Virus record (IMG/VR): IMGVR_UViG_3300045999_007505
Direction: 5' to 3' (one strand)
DNA: 64,000 nt
Source: a virus
Shown: piece after piece, positions 40,910 to 50,836 of the stretch
Layout of the letters: every line of letters starts with the position of its first letter
Numbering within the stretch: the stretch's first letter is position 1
Notes under the pieces: model-generated
The model's database searches: none
What the model was told of the DNA's origin: nothing
What the model saw: only the letters and a program-made list of their open reading frames with translations
Position numbers and translations under genes: made by a program

Positions 40910-41052
40910 TTTCCTTGTCCACAATACGATTTAACGTAATTTTTACTTGTTTTGCTAGAACTATTTTTGCTTTTTGCATGAACACCAGGCCGTTTAACAC
41001 GAGGTTTACGTACATGCATGCTCGTAGCACTAATTTTTGCCTTTGCTGCCAT
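40906..41052 (-). CDS. Small basic protein (48 aa)
   Basis: Manual translation MAAKAKISATSMHVRKPRVKRPGVHAKSKNSSSKTSKNYVKSYCGQGK; stop overlaps the next start. Confidence 0.65.
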   Translation of the reverse strand: MAAKAKISATSMHVRKPRVKRPGVHAKSKNSSSKTSKNYVKSYCGQGK

Positions 41053-41174
41053 TGCATACTCCTATTATCATTTCATAAACCGAATATAACCCAGCAACAA
41101 CTATTGCAATGCTACCTTGTATAAAAGCAAATAACCTATTCATATTAATAAATATTGCTAATACGTTTTTACAG

Positions 41175-41203
41175 TAAAAAAGTGCGCCATAAGACGCACT
41201 CTT
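41175..41203 (-). terminator. Intrinsic terminator
   Basis: aaaaa-agtgcg-ccataaga-cgcact hairpin giving a U run on the minus strand. Confidence 0.65.
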
Positions 41204-41252
41204 CAACATTTGCCTCGAAATGTTTCGCCTAAGGTAGCAGGCATCGTTAATA

Positions 41253-42833
41253 TTATTGTTTGGTAAATATGATTCGCAACATATTCCATTTAATAGAAAT
41301 GTTTTGATTTTTTTCTAAAGCTTGTTTAATTTTATTGGTTTGCATTCTATCAAATTCAATTGTATAATTAACCATTTTAATAACCGGCAAATCTGCTTCA
41401 ATTGACAAATTAGGTTTATTAGAAATTTCATCAAACGTTAAATCAAATTTAGATCTACCAATCATTTTATTTATTGGTTCGAACGAACTACCAATTTCAT
41501 ATTCTAATTTATAAACTGCAGCTTTATTTGTTTCTTTGTTATAAACTCGTACGGTTGAATCTGATTTTTTCTTGATAACAATATTATCTAATACTGCCGA
41601 TTCATTTAGTTGATTTTTACGATTTTCTAATATCCAATCATGTCCTCGAAGATTGCCATTGACCCGATTCCAAAACGATTCAGTCATTGCATCTTTTGGA
41701 GTATCATATGCAGCATCGTATGTTTCTACACCGGTTGCATTAAATCCAACTGCATGGGTTTCATCATCGCCATATTCATTTATATCATCAGTTTCTGGTT
41801 GTATATATTGTTTAATTCTATTAGCATTTGAATTAAACCATTGATCGCAAGTAGCTCCAGGACGACAAACCCGTTCTGGTAGTACTTTATATGCATTGCT
41901 TGTTGAATCTTCTAACTCAAGATCTTGATCAAATGTTAATGATTTTGTATTAGTAGGATTAAATATAAAGTACATTTGCGCACTTGTAATATCTATAGGA
42001 AACCCTAATGTCATTATATTAGAAGCTTCATCACTCATTCCCAGGATACTATGTAAAATTAAATAATTTTCACTATCCGGATTAGCAGAATTAAATGTGT
42101 TAAATGCTTGTACATATGTTTTTAATTTTAATTGATCATCATCATTATCCTCAGGCCTGAAAAAAATAACAACGGTTGGCTTATCTGCAGAAACATTTGA
42201 AAATTCTGGCTCCGTTGTCATTAAATCCGTATCTCGTAGATCGATTACATTTGAATCATTAATTATTTCATCATCATCTTCTTGCAAGTAATGTGTAGAT
42301 TCATTTACTTTGCCTTTATCTTGTTTACGTCTTGCAAGTTCTTGTTCCAATTCTCGGATATCATCTTTAGTTCCATCAAATCGCCGTAACGTTACAATCA
42401 TATCTCGTAAAGCATCATCAGAATATTTTGCAAATCGTACTTGAAATGATGCACCTTTATTAGCATTTTCTTTTACGTCGACTCCGGGCTCATACCAGAT
42501 GCCATCGCCATCATTATCTTGCCATCTTTCTGGCTTTTTATATCCTGCAGACCCGGTGCGATCTTCACGCTTAGCACGTTTCAATTCACGTCCCTTTTCA
42601 CCCAATTGTTTTCTTAGTTTTTGTGATTTCTCAGCAGTTAAATTTTTATCCGAATAATATTGATGCTTAAGATCAGCAATTTCTTTTTCCAATTTTGCAA
42701 CTTTAGCTTTAGCATCATTGGCAGCTTCATTTCGAAGATATTCGGCTTGCACCTCAGCTAACGTAGGTAGAGGTTTTCCAGGTTTACGTTCCCAGGCATA
42801 CCCTTCCAACAAAATATCCTTAAGTTTTTTCAT
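41253..42833 (-). CDS. Leader-bearing multi-segment late protein
   Basis: MKKLKDILLEG start; DNDGDG motif; segments separated by hydrophobic-x-E sites. Confidence 0.7.
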   Translation of the reverse strand: MKKLKDILLEGYAWERKPGKPLPTLAEVQAEYLRNEAANDAKAKVAKLEKEIADLKHQYYSDKNLTAEKSQKLRKQLGEKGRELKRAKREDRTGSAGYKKPERWQDNDGDGIWYEPGVDVKENANKGASFQVRFAKYSDDALRDMIVTLRRFDGTKDDIRELEQELARRKQDKGKVNESTHYLQEDDDEIINDSNVIDLRDTDLMTTEPEFSNVSADKPTVVIFFRPEDNDDDQLKLKTYVQAFNTFNSANPDSENYLILHSILGMSDEASNIMTLGFPIDITSAQMYFIFNPTNTKSLTFDQDLELEDSTSNAYKVLPERVCRPGATCDQWFNSNANRIKQYIQPETDDINEYGDDETHAVGFNATGVETYDAAYDTPKDAMTESFWNRVNGNLRGHDWILENRKNQLNESAVLDNIVIKKKSDSTVRVYNKETNKAAVYKLEYEIGSSFEPINKMIGRSKFDLTFDEISNKPNLSIEADLPVIKMVNYTIEFDRMQTNKIKQALEKNQNISIKWNMLRIIFTKQ

Positions 42834-42924
42834 GATATATCTTTTTTAAATAAATATTACATTATCGAATAAACTAGTACGTTAGTACGCCCATCTCACA
42901 GTATGCGTCCTTTCAGGTCGGCAC

Positions 42925-43266
42925 TCATGATTTCTTGCGGAATGTGATGGTAGATCCAAGGCGACCCGCAATTTCAATTTCCGCATCACCCGATTTGATG
43001 GCGTCAACAAGTTTATTCAATTGATCAAGCTTCAATTCTTCACGTTGCTTGCGATTGGTTAAAACACGATATTCGCCATCTTCTTTGTATATGGCCGTTA
43101 CACCTATCGCACCCGAATAAACAATAGAATCCATTGCTACCGAATACTTGACAGCGTTCCCATCCCATGACGCTTCAATGGGCCCACCCGATTGAGTGTT
43201 GGTGGCTCGCAGTGTTACGCCGTTGATGGTAACGGCTTCCGTAAGTAGTGTGCGTAATCGTATCAT
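42925..43266 (-). CDS. Leader-bearing hypothetical protein
   Basis: True start MIRLRTLLTE at 43266 (ATGA overlap). Confidence 0.7.
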   Translation of the reverse strand: MIRLRTLLTEAVTINGVTLRATNTQSGGPIEASWDGNAVKYSVAMDSIVYSGAIGVTAIYKEDGEYRVLTNRKQREELKLDQLNKLVDAIKSGDAEIEIAGRLGSTITFRKKS

Positions 43267-43769
43267 GTGTCCCTTTTTGTTGTAGTGATATTTTTGCGAA
43301 CCAACCAAAGACCCGAAGATATGTCCAAGACCCTATATCCCGCTGCCGAAATGCGAGGCATATTAGACGCAAGCAAGGCGCGATATATACGAGACTTTTG
43401 TCGTTCTTTTGCCCCGCTGCTAGTGTCAGATCCCGTTATGTCGATTGATGCAGGTTGCCATTGTGTTGCAAAGTCTATGAGGGCTTCCATGACGGTAGAC
43501 ATTAGGCGCAGGTAATTGACTTGTCCCGCTGCCGCGCTACGGTCATGCGCCACCGTTTGGCCTTCGCCGTCGTGGGTAGGCGTCAGAATGGCAAATGCCC
43601 ATTGTTGGTGTCCTTGGTCAACCATTGCTAGTGTGATGGTAACGCCATCTGCTTGGAACACGGTCTCTCGGCTTTCCGTGTCCGTCATGCGCTTCCACGT
43701 AAATTGTGTGGCATAAGGTGACACCCCGCCTAAAGTTATTTCCGTTACAAGTTGCGTTAAACGTATCAT
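43263..43769 (-). CDS. Leader-bearing hypothetical protein
   Basis: Starts MIRLTQLVTE. Confidence 0.7.
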   Translation of the reverse strand: MIRLTQLVTEITLGGVSPYATQFTWKRMTDTESRETVFQADGVTITLAMVDQGHQQWAFAILTPTHDGEGQTVAHDRSAAAGQVNYLRLMSTVMEALIDFATQWQPASIDITGSDTSSGAKERQKSRIYRALLASNMPRISAAGYRVLDISSGLWLVRKNITTTKRDT

Positions 43770-43788
43770 GGTGAATGTAAATTATCTG

Positions 43789-44310
43789 TTAATTATTCCC
43801 ATAACCTTGTTTGCGCCGAAGATCGCCAACTAGTACGTTGCGCCAATCAGACTCATCATATTTATCGAACATCCATTGATATACAGCTTCATCACTCATG
43901 TTTTTCCCAGGACTAAACATTACACCGCCGCCGCGAGCGTCGGTAATTTTACCTGACTCTGGGTGATAACCAAAAATGTTGTATCGGCCATTAAATGCCC
44001 CGCCCAATGGATACACTGCGAACCACGTGGTTTGTACCCGCGGTTTCATAACGTTAGCGGCCGCTTTAGCATATTTTCCACTACGCCATTCTTGTGATTT
44101 TTTTCCCATGACGTCATAAAATTGCATTCCATATGGAAAGTTCGGAAATTTAATAGCGAAGTCGGCTCCTTGATAAGGTTCTTCCTCGCCGGGTTCATAA
44201 TAATGCGGATCTGGTTCGGCGGGTGGAGGGCCAGCTGGTTCGGCTGGCGGTGGAGCGGCTTCTTGCTCGGCTAAATACCGTTTCCAGAGTGTTAGATAAG
44301 TTTTTTCCAT
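43789..44310 (-). CDS. Hypothetical late protein
   Basis: MEKTYLTLWKRYLAE then a Pro-rich linker; upstream ATATTTAT. Confidence 0.65.
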   Translation of the reverse strand: MEKTYLTLWKRYLAEQEAAPPPAEPAGPPPAEPDPHYYEPGEEEPYQGADFAIKFPNFPYGMQFYDVMGKKSQEWRSGKYAKAAANVMKPRVQTTWFAVYPLGGAFNGRYNIFGYHPESGKITDARGGGVMFSPGKNMSDEAVYQWMFDKYDESDWRNVLVGDLRRKQGYGNN

Positions 44311-44395
44311 GGTATTATAATCCTTTAATGTCTAATAATAAATATCTATTAATAAATATTGGTTTCCGCAATAAATGCTGGAAACGAGATGGCCT

Positions 44396-44854
44396 TTACA
44401 TTGTGGGGTCGCCGGGAGTATCAATTCCATCCGTAGTGTATTTAGTGCCCAATAAATTATCAGAAAATTTTGATGGTAGCGTGGTAAAACGTCCTCCCGA
44501 TATGCGTTTAGTCAACCAACCTAATAACATGTTACCCGATGCCCCTAATACCGGGAATGTAATTACTACGCCACTCGTTTTTAATATGTCCGTAAAATTG
44601 CGTCGAAGCTTTTCACGTTCCGCTGCAGACATGGGTTGCCCCGTTAAATGGCGTGTTACCAATTCCCCAAACCCTTTAAAGTCTGCACGTTGTTCTGTAA
44701 ATGCAGCACGAAATGCATGCATGATAGTATTCATTTTGCCACGCAGCGTATACAAAACGTTTTCAAGCAGTATGCGATTCGCTGCGACTTGCATTGCCTT
44801 TGCGTGAGCTGCTTCACAAAGTACAAGACGGGACATGGTGGTGAGTTGTTTCAT
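44396..44854 (-). CDS. Hypothetical late protein
   Basis: Upstream ATATTTAT; LCE and LLE motifs. Confidence 0.6.
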   Translation of the reverse strand: MKQLTTMSRLVLCEAAHAKAMQVAANRILLENVLYTLRGKMNTIMHAFRAAFTEQRADFKGFGELVTRHLTGQPMSAAEREKLRRNFTDILKTSGVVITFPVLGASGNMLLGWLTKRISGGRFTTLPSKFSDNLLGTKYTTDGIDTPGDPTM

Positions 44855-45000
44855 ATTAATAAATATTGCATTGCCGGATACTAGGGATATGTATGTGAGC
44901 CGTTAGGCGATCATACGTACTATCCTTTATGACACCGTCATATTCAATAAAGAGCACCTATATAGCAAAAAATTTACCCGCGCGGGAAAAACATATATAA

Positions 45001-45131
45001 CCTCCCTCATCTAGATGGGGGTGCCCTACCCCTTTAACGAAACCCTCCCCACCCCCCCTATTCGACCCCTATTCACCCCCCGTTTACACCCCCCCATACC
45101 CCCATAAAAAAAGGGGGGCTATTGCCCCCCC
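45001..45131 (-). repeat. G-run tract with G-quadruplex potential, ending at a terminator hairpin
   Basis: At least 8 runs of 3-7 C on the plus strand within about 105 bp; aaaaaaa-gggggg-ctattg-ccccccc hairpin at 45106-45131. Confidence 0.75.
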
Positions 45132-45157
45132 ATGTTAACCCCTATATGCGTAACCCT

Positions 45158-45391
45158 TTACGGTGCATCAGGTAATGCAAAGCGTATCTCCATGGCTGCT
45201 CGATTGTCTGGATGCCTGCAGTCTTGTGGTATGCCTAATGCCTCCATCAATTGATATACACTACTCCACTTGACTCTTAGTCGATCGGTTAATGCATCTT
45301 CTCTTCCCCAAAGCTTTGCAGCTTGCATGTACTGAAAATATAATTGGGCTTCTTGGTTTTGGATCTCTTGGATCATGTTCTTCTTTGTCAT
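45158..45391 (-). CDS. Early hypothetical protein
   Basis: Intact ORF with AGAGAGA upstream. Confidence 0.65.
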   Translation of the reverse strand: MTKKNMIQEIQNQEAQLYFQYMQAAKLWGREDALTDRLRVKWSSVYQLMEALGIPQDCRHPDNRAAMEIRFALPDAP

Positions 45392-45437
45392 TGTCTCTCT
45401 TTATATGTTATTACTATTACTTGATTACCTTGCCCTC

Positions 45438-45671
45438 TTATCTGTTAAGAGGGACTTGCACATATCCGCTTATTGCTATTTGCTTTAAGCATTCCGGACA
45501 TCCTACTTCTTCTATTCCTGACATTGCAGCGTGGTTGCTACTTAATGCCGGAGTACCACATAGGTTGCCTCGACCTGATAAATAAGCGTGAGCTGTGTCT
45601 GACCATACATTGCCTTTGTTACCAAAGATGCTAAACACATTTCCTAAAGCCTTTACATTTACTTTTTTCAT
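45438..45671 (-). CDS. Early hypothetical protein (Cys/His)
   Basis: True start MKKVNVK immediately after the repeated promoter unit; H...LCG...CPEC. Confidence 0.65.
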   Translation of the reverse strand: MKKVNVKALGNVFSIFGNKGNVWSDTAHAYLSGRGNLCGTPALSSNHAAMSGIEEVGCPECLKQIAISGYVQVPLNR

Positions 45672-45813
45672 ACTCTCTCTTTTAATTAATAATATTAAAG
45701 ATAAGGAATATATTTCAATTATCCTAATCTTTTGCAAACTTTGTTTAACTTTTTTTACAGCAGGAAACCGACGCCTTTCGACGCCGGTCCCTTCATATTG
45801 AGAGATATGATTT

Positions 45814-46764
45814 CTAAGCCGGGATGATTTGTTCTGCAATCATCATCTTGGGATTGTCAAAGCCCATTGCACATATGCGGGCTGCTTTGATAAAGCTACG
45901 GAGGTTAATCTCTACTCCATCAAACTCTTCATCAAGCTCCTTCATTAATGCCAATGCCTGCTCCTTCGCTGCCATTGGGATACGACGCTCCATTGCCACC
46001 ATCAATTGTCCCATGCGGGTAAACATCTGGTCCGTTGTCAATTCCACATCGCTTACAAAGCTTCGGCTGCGGATTGCTTCGTCGAGCTTGCTTTGGTCGA
46101 TATTAGAGATAAAGATAATGCGGCCGGTAAACTCAAAGTGGCGCGGCACTTCTCCGCCAAACTCATCCTTAAGCGTCTTTGTGGAGATATAACTAATCTT
46201 GCGGGTGTCATAAGAATCCAAAGCCGCTTTGAGGATATTAACTGCATCGTCGTCTTTGAATATGGAGTCGCAGTCATCCAACACAATAATCTTGTCGCTA
46301 TTCTCATATAGCGTAATAAACAATCCCGCCGGAGTGGCACGACCCTTAAAGTGGACAAACTCTTTGGATTCCGTTAAGCCCATTTGCTCCAATGTACTCT
46401 TAACCAAATGCGTCTTACCCGTACCAGCACCTCCGGTAATAACTAGTGACGGTTGGATGCCACGCCCTACCATTTTAGTCAGCCTCTCTATGTTCTTAAA
46501 CATCTCCTCCGGATCTTGCACTTGCTTGGCTTGCATAAAGGACATCTTGGCTACTGGTGGTGGAGTCAATGCAACACCCATATCTGCTGCCGGCACTCGG
46601 GTAACACGGCCCGTTGCAGATACTACTAATACCTCGCGGTTCTTCTCAGCATTCAATAGCTGGATGTGTCGGATGGTGTCTTTAGGCGCTATGCTACCTG
46701 TGGTTGTGTTCTTAGCAAATAACTTGCCTTTAATTCTAACTGGTTCAAAAACATTACTCATCAT
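45814..46764 (-). CDS. AAA+ ATPase
   Basis: Walker A GGAGTGKT, Walker B VLDDCD, sensor FISN, AIRSR arginine finger. Confidence 0.88.
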   Translation of the reverse strand: MMSNVFEPVRIKGKLFAKNTTTGSIAPKDTIRHIQLLNAEKNREVLVVSATGRVTRVPAADMGVALTPPPVAKMSFMQAKQVQDPEEMFKNIERLTKMVGRGIQPSLVITGGAGTGKTHLVKSTLEQMGLTESKEFVHFKGRATPAGLFITLYENSDKIIVLDDCDSIFKDDDAVNILKAALDSYDTRKISYISTKTLKDEFGGEVPRHFEFTGRIIFISNIDQSKLDEAIRSRSFVSDVELTTDQMFTRMGQLMVAMERRIPMAAKEQALALMKELDEEFDGVEINLRSFIKAARICAMGFDNPKMMIAEQIIPA

Positions 46765-46850
46765 ATACTCTCTCTTTTAATTAATAATAATAAAGATAAG
46801 GAATAAATCAATAGGATCCTAATCTTTTGGTAACTTTTTTTAAACTTTTT

Positions 46851-47066
46851 TTAAAAAGGTATTTCGTCGTTATTTTCATTGATTACGAAGTCCGGGCGCT
46901 CATTTAATACCTGGTAAATTGCATCGAAGTGCTTTTCGTAGCTTTTATAAATTACTCCTCCTAGTTCGCCACTACCATCCATCATTAGATTCATTTCTAG
47001 TCCCAGGTTTAGTTTATCTAACTCTAATACTAACTCCTCCGTTGTCATTTTTGTGTAATCTTTCAT
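46851..47066 (-). CDS. Early hypothetical protein
   Basis: Follows a promoter unit; acidic C-terminus NDEIPF. Confidence 0.65.
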   Translation of the reverse strand: MKDYTKMTTEELVLELDKLNLGLEMNLMMDGSGELGGVIYKSYEKHFDAIYQVLNERPDFVINENNDEIPF

Positions 47067-47149
47067 ATCTCTTATTTTTTAATGATACTTAAAGATAAGT
47101 AAAAAAAGAATGCGATCCAACCTTTTTGGTAACTTTTTTTAAACTTTTT

Positions 47150-47314
47150 TTAGCCGAAGAATCCTCCGGAGTAAAGGATAATTAAAAGGATCGTTACATC
47201 TATCAATGAATAGAAGATGTTGTGTTTGTCTGTACGGGCCTGGCCATGCTTATTTGCTTCAACTAATAAACGAAGCCCGATTAAAACTAATAAAATAATT
47301 TGCGGTGTTCCCAT
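47150..47314 (-). CDS. Small two-TM protein
   Basis: Manual translation MGTPQIILLVLIGLRLLVEANKHGQ...LLIILYSGGFFG; AGAGAGAG upstream. Confidence 0.6.
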   Translation of the reverse strand: MGTPQIILLVLIGLRLLVEANKHGQARTDKHNIFYSLIDVTILLIILYSGGFFG

Positions 47315-47380
47315 ATGCTCTCTCTTTTTACGTCCTTAAGGGCCGACATTTCTGCCGACCCTGGACTGAGAGATATATCT

Positions 47381-47758
47381 TTATTGGTCCTCGGAGCTAT
47401 CGTCGTCTCCGCCATCCTCATCCACCGTCTCCTCAAATATGTTTTCCAATGCCTCGCGTATGTTATTAATTATATTATCCGTGTCGACACGTACATCCGT
47501 CAATTCAATCGTGTTGTTGTAATTCAATTCAAATTCTGCATCGTCAAAATCAACTAAGTCCCGGGTGTGCAAATTATTAACGGCATTGTCAACTATGTCC
47601 ATTACCTTGTCAAACGACTTCTCATTTAATAGGAATGTCTTGCTTTCGACTTGCTCCGGCTCCAACTGCTGGATAAGGGCAATTACATTGTCGATTGATA
47701 CTACTGAGGTTAACGCCTTTGCTGCCTCTAACTGTGCTACTAAACTTTCTTTTTTCAT
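47381..47758 (-). CDS. Acidic early protein
   Basis: Follows a promoter unit; very D/E-rich. Confidence 0.7.
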   Translation of the reverse strand: MKKESLVAQLEAAKALTSVVSIDNVIALIQQLEPEQVESKTFLLNEKSFDKVMDIVDNAVNNLHTRDLVDFDDAEFELNYNNTIELTDVRVDTDNIINNIREALENIFEETVDEDGGDDDSSEDQ

Positions 47759-48116
47759 TTCTCTCTTTTTTTTGGTTTTGTGGGATTATTCCCTTTTTAT
47801 TAATAATATAAAGATAAGGAAAATAATAATGCGATCCAAATCTTTTTGCAACTTTGTTTAAACTTTTTTTAACTTTTTTTATCCTCAAGTTTTGCAAAGT
47901 TTTGCACTACTATTTGGCATACCTCGTCCAATATCTGATTGTCTTCAATTCCTATGCACTCTAAGAAGGTGCACAAATCAATTTGAATTTGATCTTTTAC
48001 TTCAGCTTTTGTCATACTCTCTTTTTAATTTATTTACTACTTTTTTTTGCTGCGGCTAATCAACATCATAATTAGCACCACATTGAGCAACAAGCTCAGA
48101 TATACTATTTCTCCTA

Positions 48117-48266
48117 TCATACTCCAATGTATACGGCACCCGTTGTACCCGTTGCTAACTTGTAAATAATAAAGGCAATACCAAATGCCAATAACCCGGT
48201 GCATGCTACTGCTAATGCTTTAAGGGTTCCTTCTACTACGTTCTCGATGCTAAACACTTTTTTCAT
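48117..48266 (-). CDS. Small membrane protein
   Basis: True start MKKVFSIE after a promoter unit. Confidence 0.55.
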   Translation of the reverse strand: MKKVFSIENVVEGTLKALAVACTGLLAFGIAFIIYKLATGTTGAVYIGV

Positions 48267-48349
48267 ATATCTCTCTTTTTTAATTATACTTAAATTTAAG
48301 GAATTAATCAATGCGATCCAACCTTTTTGGAAACTTTTTTTCAAAAAAG

Positions 48350-48556
48350 TTATTCACAATTTTCTATGAATTCGATAACATACTCAAGCAAAGCTGGATC
48401 ATCGATATCGAAGCCATCTTCATCTCGAAACACCGTGTCAATGACTTTACCACGCTCGTCTAAGTAATCAGTAACCGTAACTATGTTACCTGCTGTTAAT
48501 TGAATCTGGTACCTTTCTGTAGTGATCGTTTCTACATGTTTACTAACTAATTTCAT
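48350..48556 (-). CDS. Early hypothetical protein
   Basis: Follows a promoter unit. Confidence 0.65.
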   Translation of the reverse strand: MKLVSKHVETITTERYQIQLTAGNIVTVTDYLDERGKVIDTVFRDEDGFDIDDPALLEYVIEFIENCE

Positions 48557-48641
48557 CTCTCTTATTTTTTAATTTAATATAAATTTAAGAAAAAAAAGAA
48601 TGCGATCCAACCGAATCGCAAACTTTTTTCAAACTTTTTTT

Positions 48642-48914
48642 CTAATTGCCTAAGCCATCAAATGTGTCAATAATGTGGTTGATTGCGGATCCGCCTTGCT
48701 TGGCAGCGTTCTTCTGACCCGCTACATCTGATACTGCCCGGGCAAAGTCTAGGAGGTCGCCTTTTGATTTTGCAACAAGCATCATTTCTAATAAACTACC
48801 CAACAACACAAATTCTTCATCGCCTGTCATTAAAGCTAACATGTTTGCGTTGTCTGATGCATCGCTTACGTTCTGGATTAAGTCCCTAGCTAACTGTTCA
48901 TGCATTTTGTTCAT
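48642..48914 (-). CDS. Early hypothetical protein
   Basis: Follows a promoter unit. Confidence 0.65.
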   Translation of the reverse strand: MNKMHEQLARDLIQNVSDASDNANMLALMTGDEEFVLLGSLLEMMLVAKSKGDLLDFARAVSDVAGQKNAAKQGGSAINHIIDTFDGLGN

Positions 48915-49102
48915 CTCTCTTATTTTTTAATGATACTTAAAGATAAGTAAAAAAAGAATGCGATCCAACCGTTTCGCAAACTTTTTTTAAACTTTTTTTA
49001 GATCATACAACTAATGATATATAGTATCAGCATCGGCCCAATGATATACATAACTGCGCGGCCGAAGAGATCGTTAAGACCTGGATCGTTCTGTCTCATA
49101 TG

Positions 49103-49840
49103 TTATAGGTATTGCTCAAGTAACTTGATACCTGGAAGTGCTGCCAATGCCTCCTCAGCCTGACGAACCAATTGTCGTGCACGCTCATTTGTGATACCCA
49201 TCTCCTCACCAATCTGCTCCATGCTCTGTGCATACTCAACACCTAAGCCATAATTGCGACGCAATGCCTCTTCTTGCTTAGGCTTCAATTGTGCCAATGC
49301 TCTATCAATATCAAACTTTAGGTCCGCGCGGTCTCTGCTGCTGCGCACCTCATCGGCTTGCAAGTATCGATCCGCATATGTCTCTTTGTTCTCATCATCG
49401 CCTACTGGAGTGGAGATGCTCTTTGTGGAGTACTCCTCGGTAGCCGTACGGTGTGATGGGATTCTTACTGTGCGGGATAAATCATTGAGGGCCTTTTGTA
49501 TTTCGGCACGGATATACCATACTGCAAACGTTATGAATTTAACATTCTTGCTGGTATCAAATCGATCCACTGCCTCAAACAATCCAATATTGGCAAATGC
49601 TATGAGGTCCTCCATCTCCAATCCCATTCCTTGATATTGTCGTGCCACTTGCACTGCAAACCTCAGGTTGCTTTCTATTATGACGTTGCGTGCCTTAAGC
49701 TTTCCTGCCTGTGCATCGAGGATTAACTGCGTCTCTGCCTCCCGGCTTATGACCTGAGCCTTCTTTATCTCGGCTACGTAACGCTTTGTGGATTCGGCGC
49801 CTACTATTGCACCATTTGTAACATTGATTCTTCTTTTCAT
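49103..49840 (-). CDS. RNA polymerase sigma-70 family factor (RpoD/RpoS-like)
   Basis: SNLRFAVQVARQY, DLIAFANIGLFEAVDRFD, KFITFAVWYIR (region 2); SMEQIGEEMGITNERARQL (region 4). Confidence 0.93.
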   Translation of the reverse strand: MKRRINVTNGAIVGAESTKRYVAEIKKAQVISREAETQLILDAQAGKLKARNVIIESNLRFAVQVARQYQGMGLEMEDLIAFANIGLFEAVDRFDTSKNVKFITFAVWYIRAEIQKALNDLSRTVRIPSHRTATEEYSTKSISTPVGDDENKETYADRYLQADEVRSSRDRADLKFDIDRALAQLKPKQEEALRRNYGLGVEYAQSMEQIGEEMGITNERARQLVRQAEEALAALPGIKLLEQYL

Positions 49841-50020
49841 ATAACTCTCTTATTAATTAATATACTTAAAGATAAGGATAATAAAGTTAGGATCCTAATC
49901 TTTTGGTAACTTTTTTGAAACTTTTTTTATCTTTTCAGCCTTCATCAAATAGCATGATTAATGATGCTGCAAAGCCGACGATCACAACCACCAGGCCGAT
50001 CCAACTCAATACCGCCGCTA

Positions 50021-50206
50021 TCATTTTATGAAGCGGGGTTTTTGTAATGCTGCTTGAGCCTCTCGGTATATGCGGTTGCGTTCTGCTTGTGCCATTGCTT
50101 GCTTCACTGCCGCATTTAATTGTTGTGGACGTTTTGCATCTGCCAACAAACGGGCTGCTACTGCGTCTTGCTTAAAAAATCCTGAATTCTTTTTGCCTAC
50201 TGCCAT
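50021..50206 (-). CDS. Early hypothetical protein
   Basis: True start MAVGKKN after a promoter unit. Confidence 0.6.
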   Translation of the reverse strand: MAVGKKNSGFFKQDAVAARLLADAKRPQQLNAAVKQAMAQAERNRIYREAQAALQKPRFIK

Positions 50207-50279
50207 ATCTCTTATTTTTTTAATTATACTTAAATTTAAGAAAAAAATCAATGCGATCCTAATCTTTTCGAAACTTTTT

Positions 50280-50519
50280 TTAACTTTTTTTGGACTTTTT
50301 TTCTAAGGCATCTAACTCATCAACACGTGCATTCAATCTCTCAGCATACTTGCGATTTGCTTCCTCATTTGGAATAAACCCAAAATTGTAATCTGAATTT
50401 GGATTGATCATGTAATGGCCTCCATTGTCGCCTCGAACCAAAAAGTGGCTGTCGTTCATTTCAACAATTGTTCCGAATACCACTAATTTAATAATCGGCT
50501 CTGTGAATTTTACTTTCAT
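50280..50519 (-). CDS. Early hypothetical protein
   Basis: True start MKVKFTE after a promoter unit. Confidence 0.6.
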   Translation of the reverse strand: MKVKFTEPIIKLVVFGTIVEMNDSHFLVRGDNGGHYMINPNSDYNFGFIPNEEANRKYAERLNARVDELDALEKKSKKS

Positions 50520-50590
50520 ATATCTCTCTTTTAATTTTAATAAAGATAAGGAATAAATCAATGCGTGTCAACCTTTTTGTTAACTTTTTT

Positions 50591-50836
50591 TCAGAAAAGT
50601 TGCTTTGGCGTAATAATGACATCTTTGAAAAGAACTTCAACTTTAATAGCATCGCCACCTATCGACTTTGCGATTGCAGCCACTTTGTTTTGATCCTTAC
50701 TAAATACGTTCCAAATTTTCGTTTGGTAGCCTGTGGATTTTCTTTTATCGGAAAATACGCGTCCATATCCAATATTGTTCGCCCTTACTTCTTTACCGAT
50801 CTCTTTAATCAATTCTAAATACTCTGCTTTTTTCAT
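50591..50836 (-). CDS. Early hypothetical protein
   Basis: True start MKKAEYLE with AAAGAGAT upstream. Confidence 0.6.
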   Translation of the reverse strand: MKKAEYLELIKEIGKEVRANNIGYGRVFSDKRKSTGYQTKIWNVFSKDQNKVAAIAKSIGGDAIKVEVLFKDVIITPKQLF

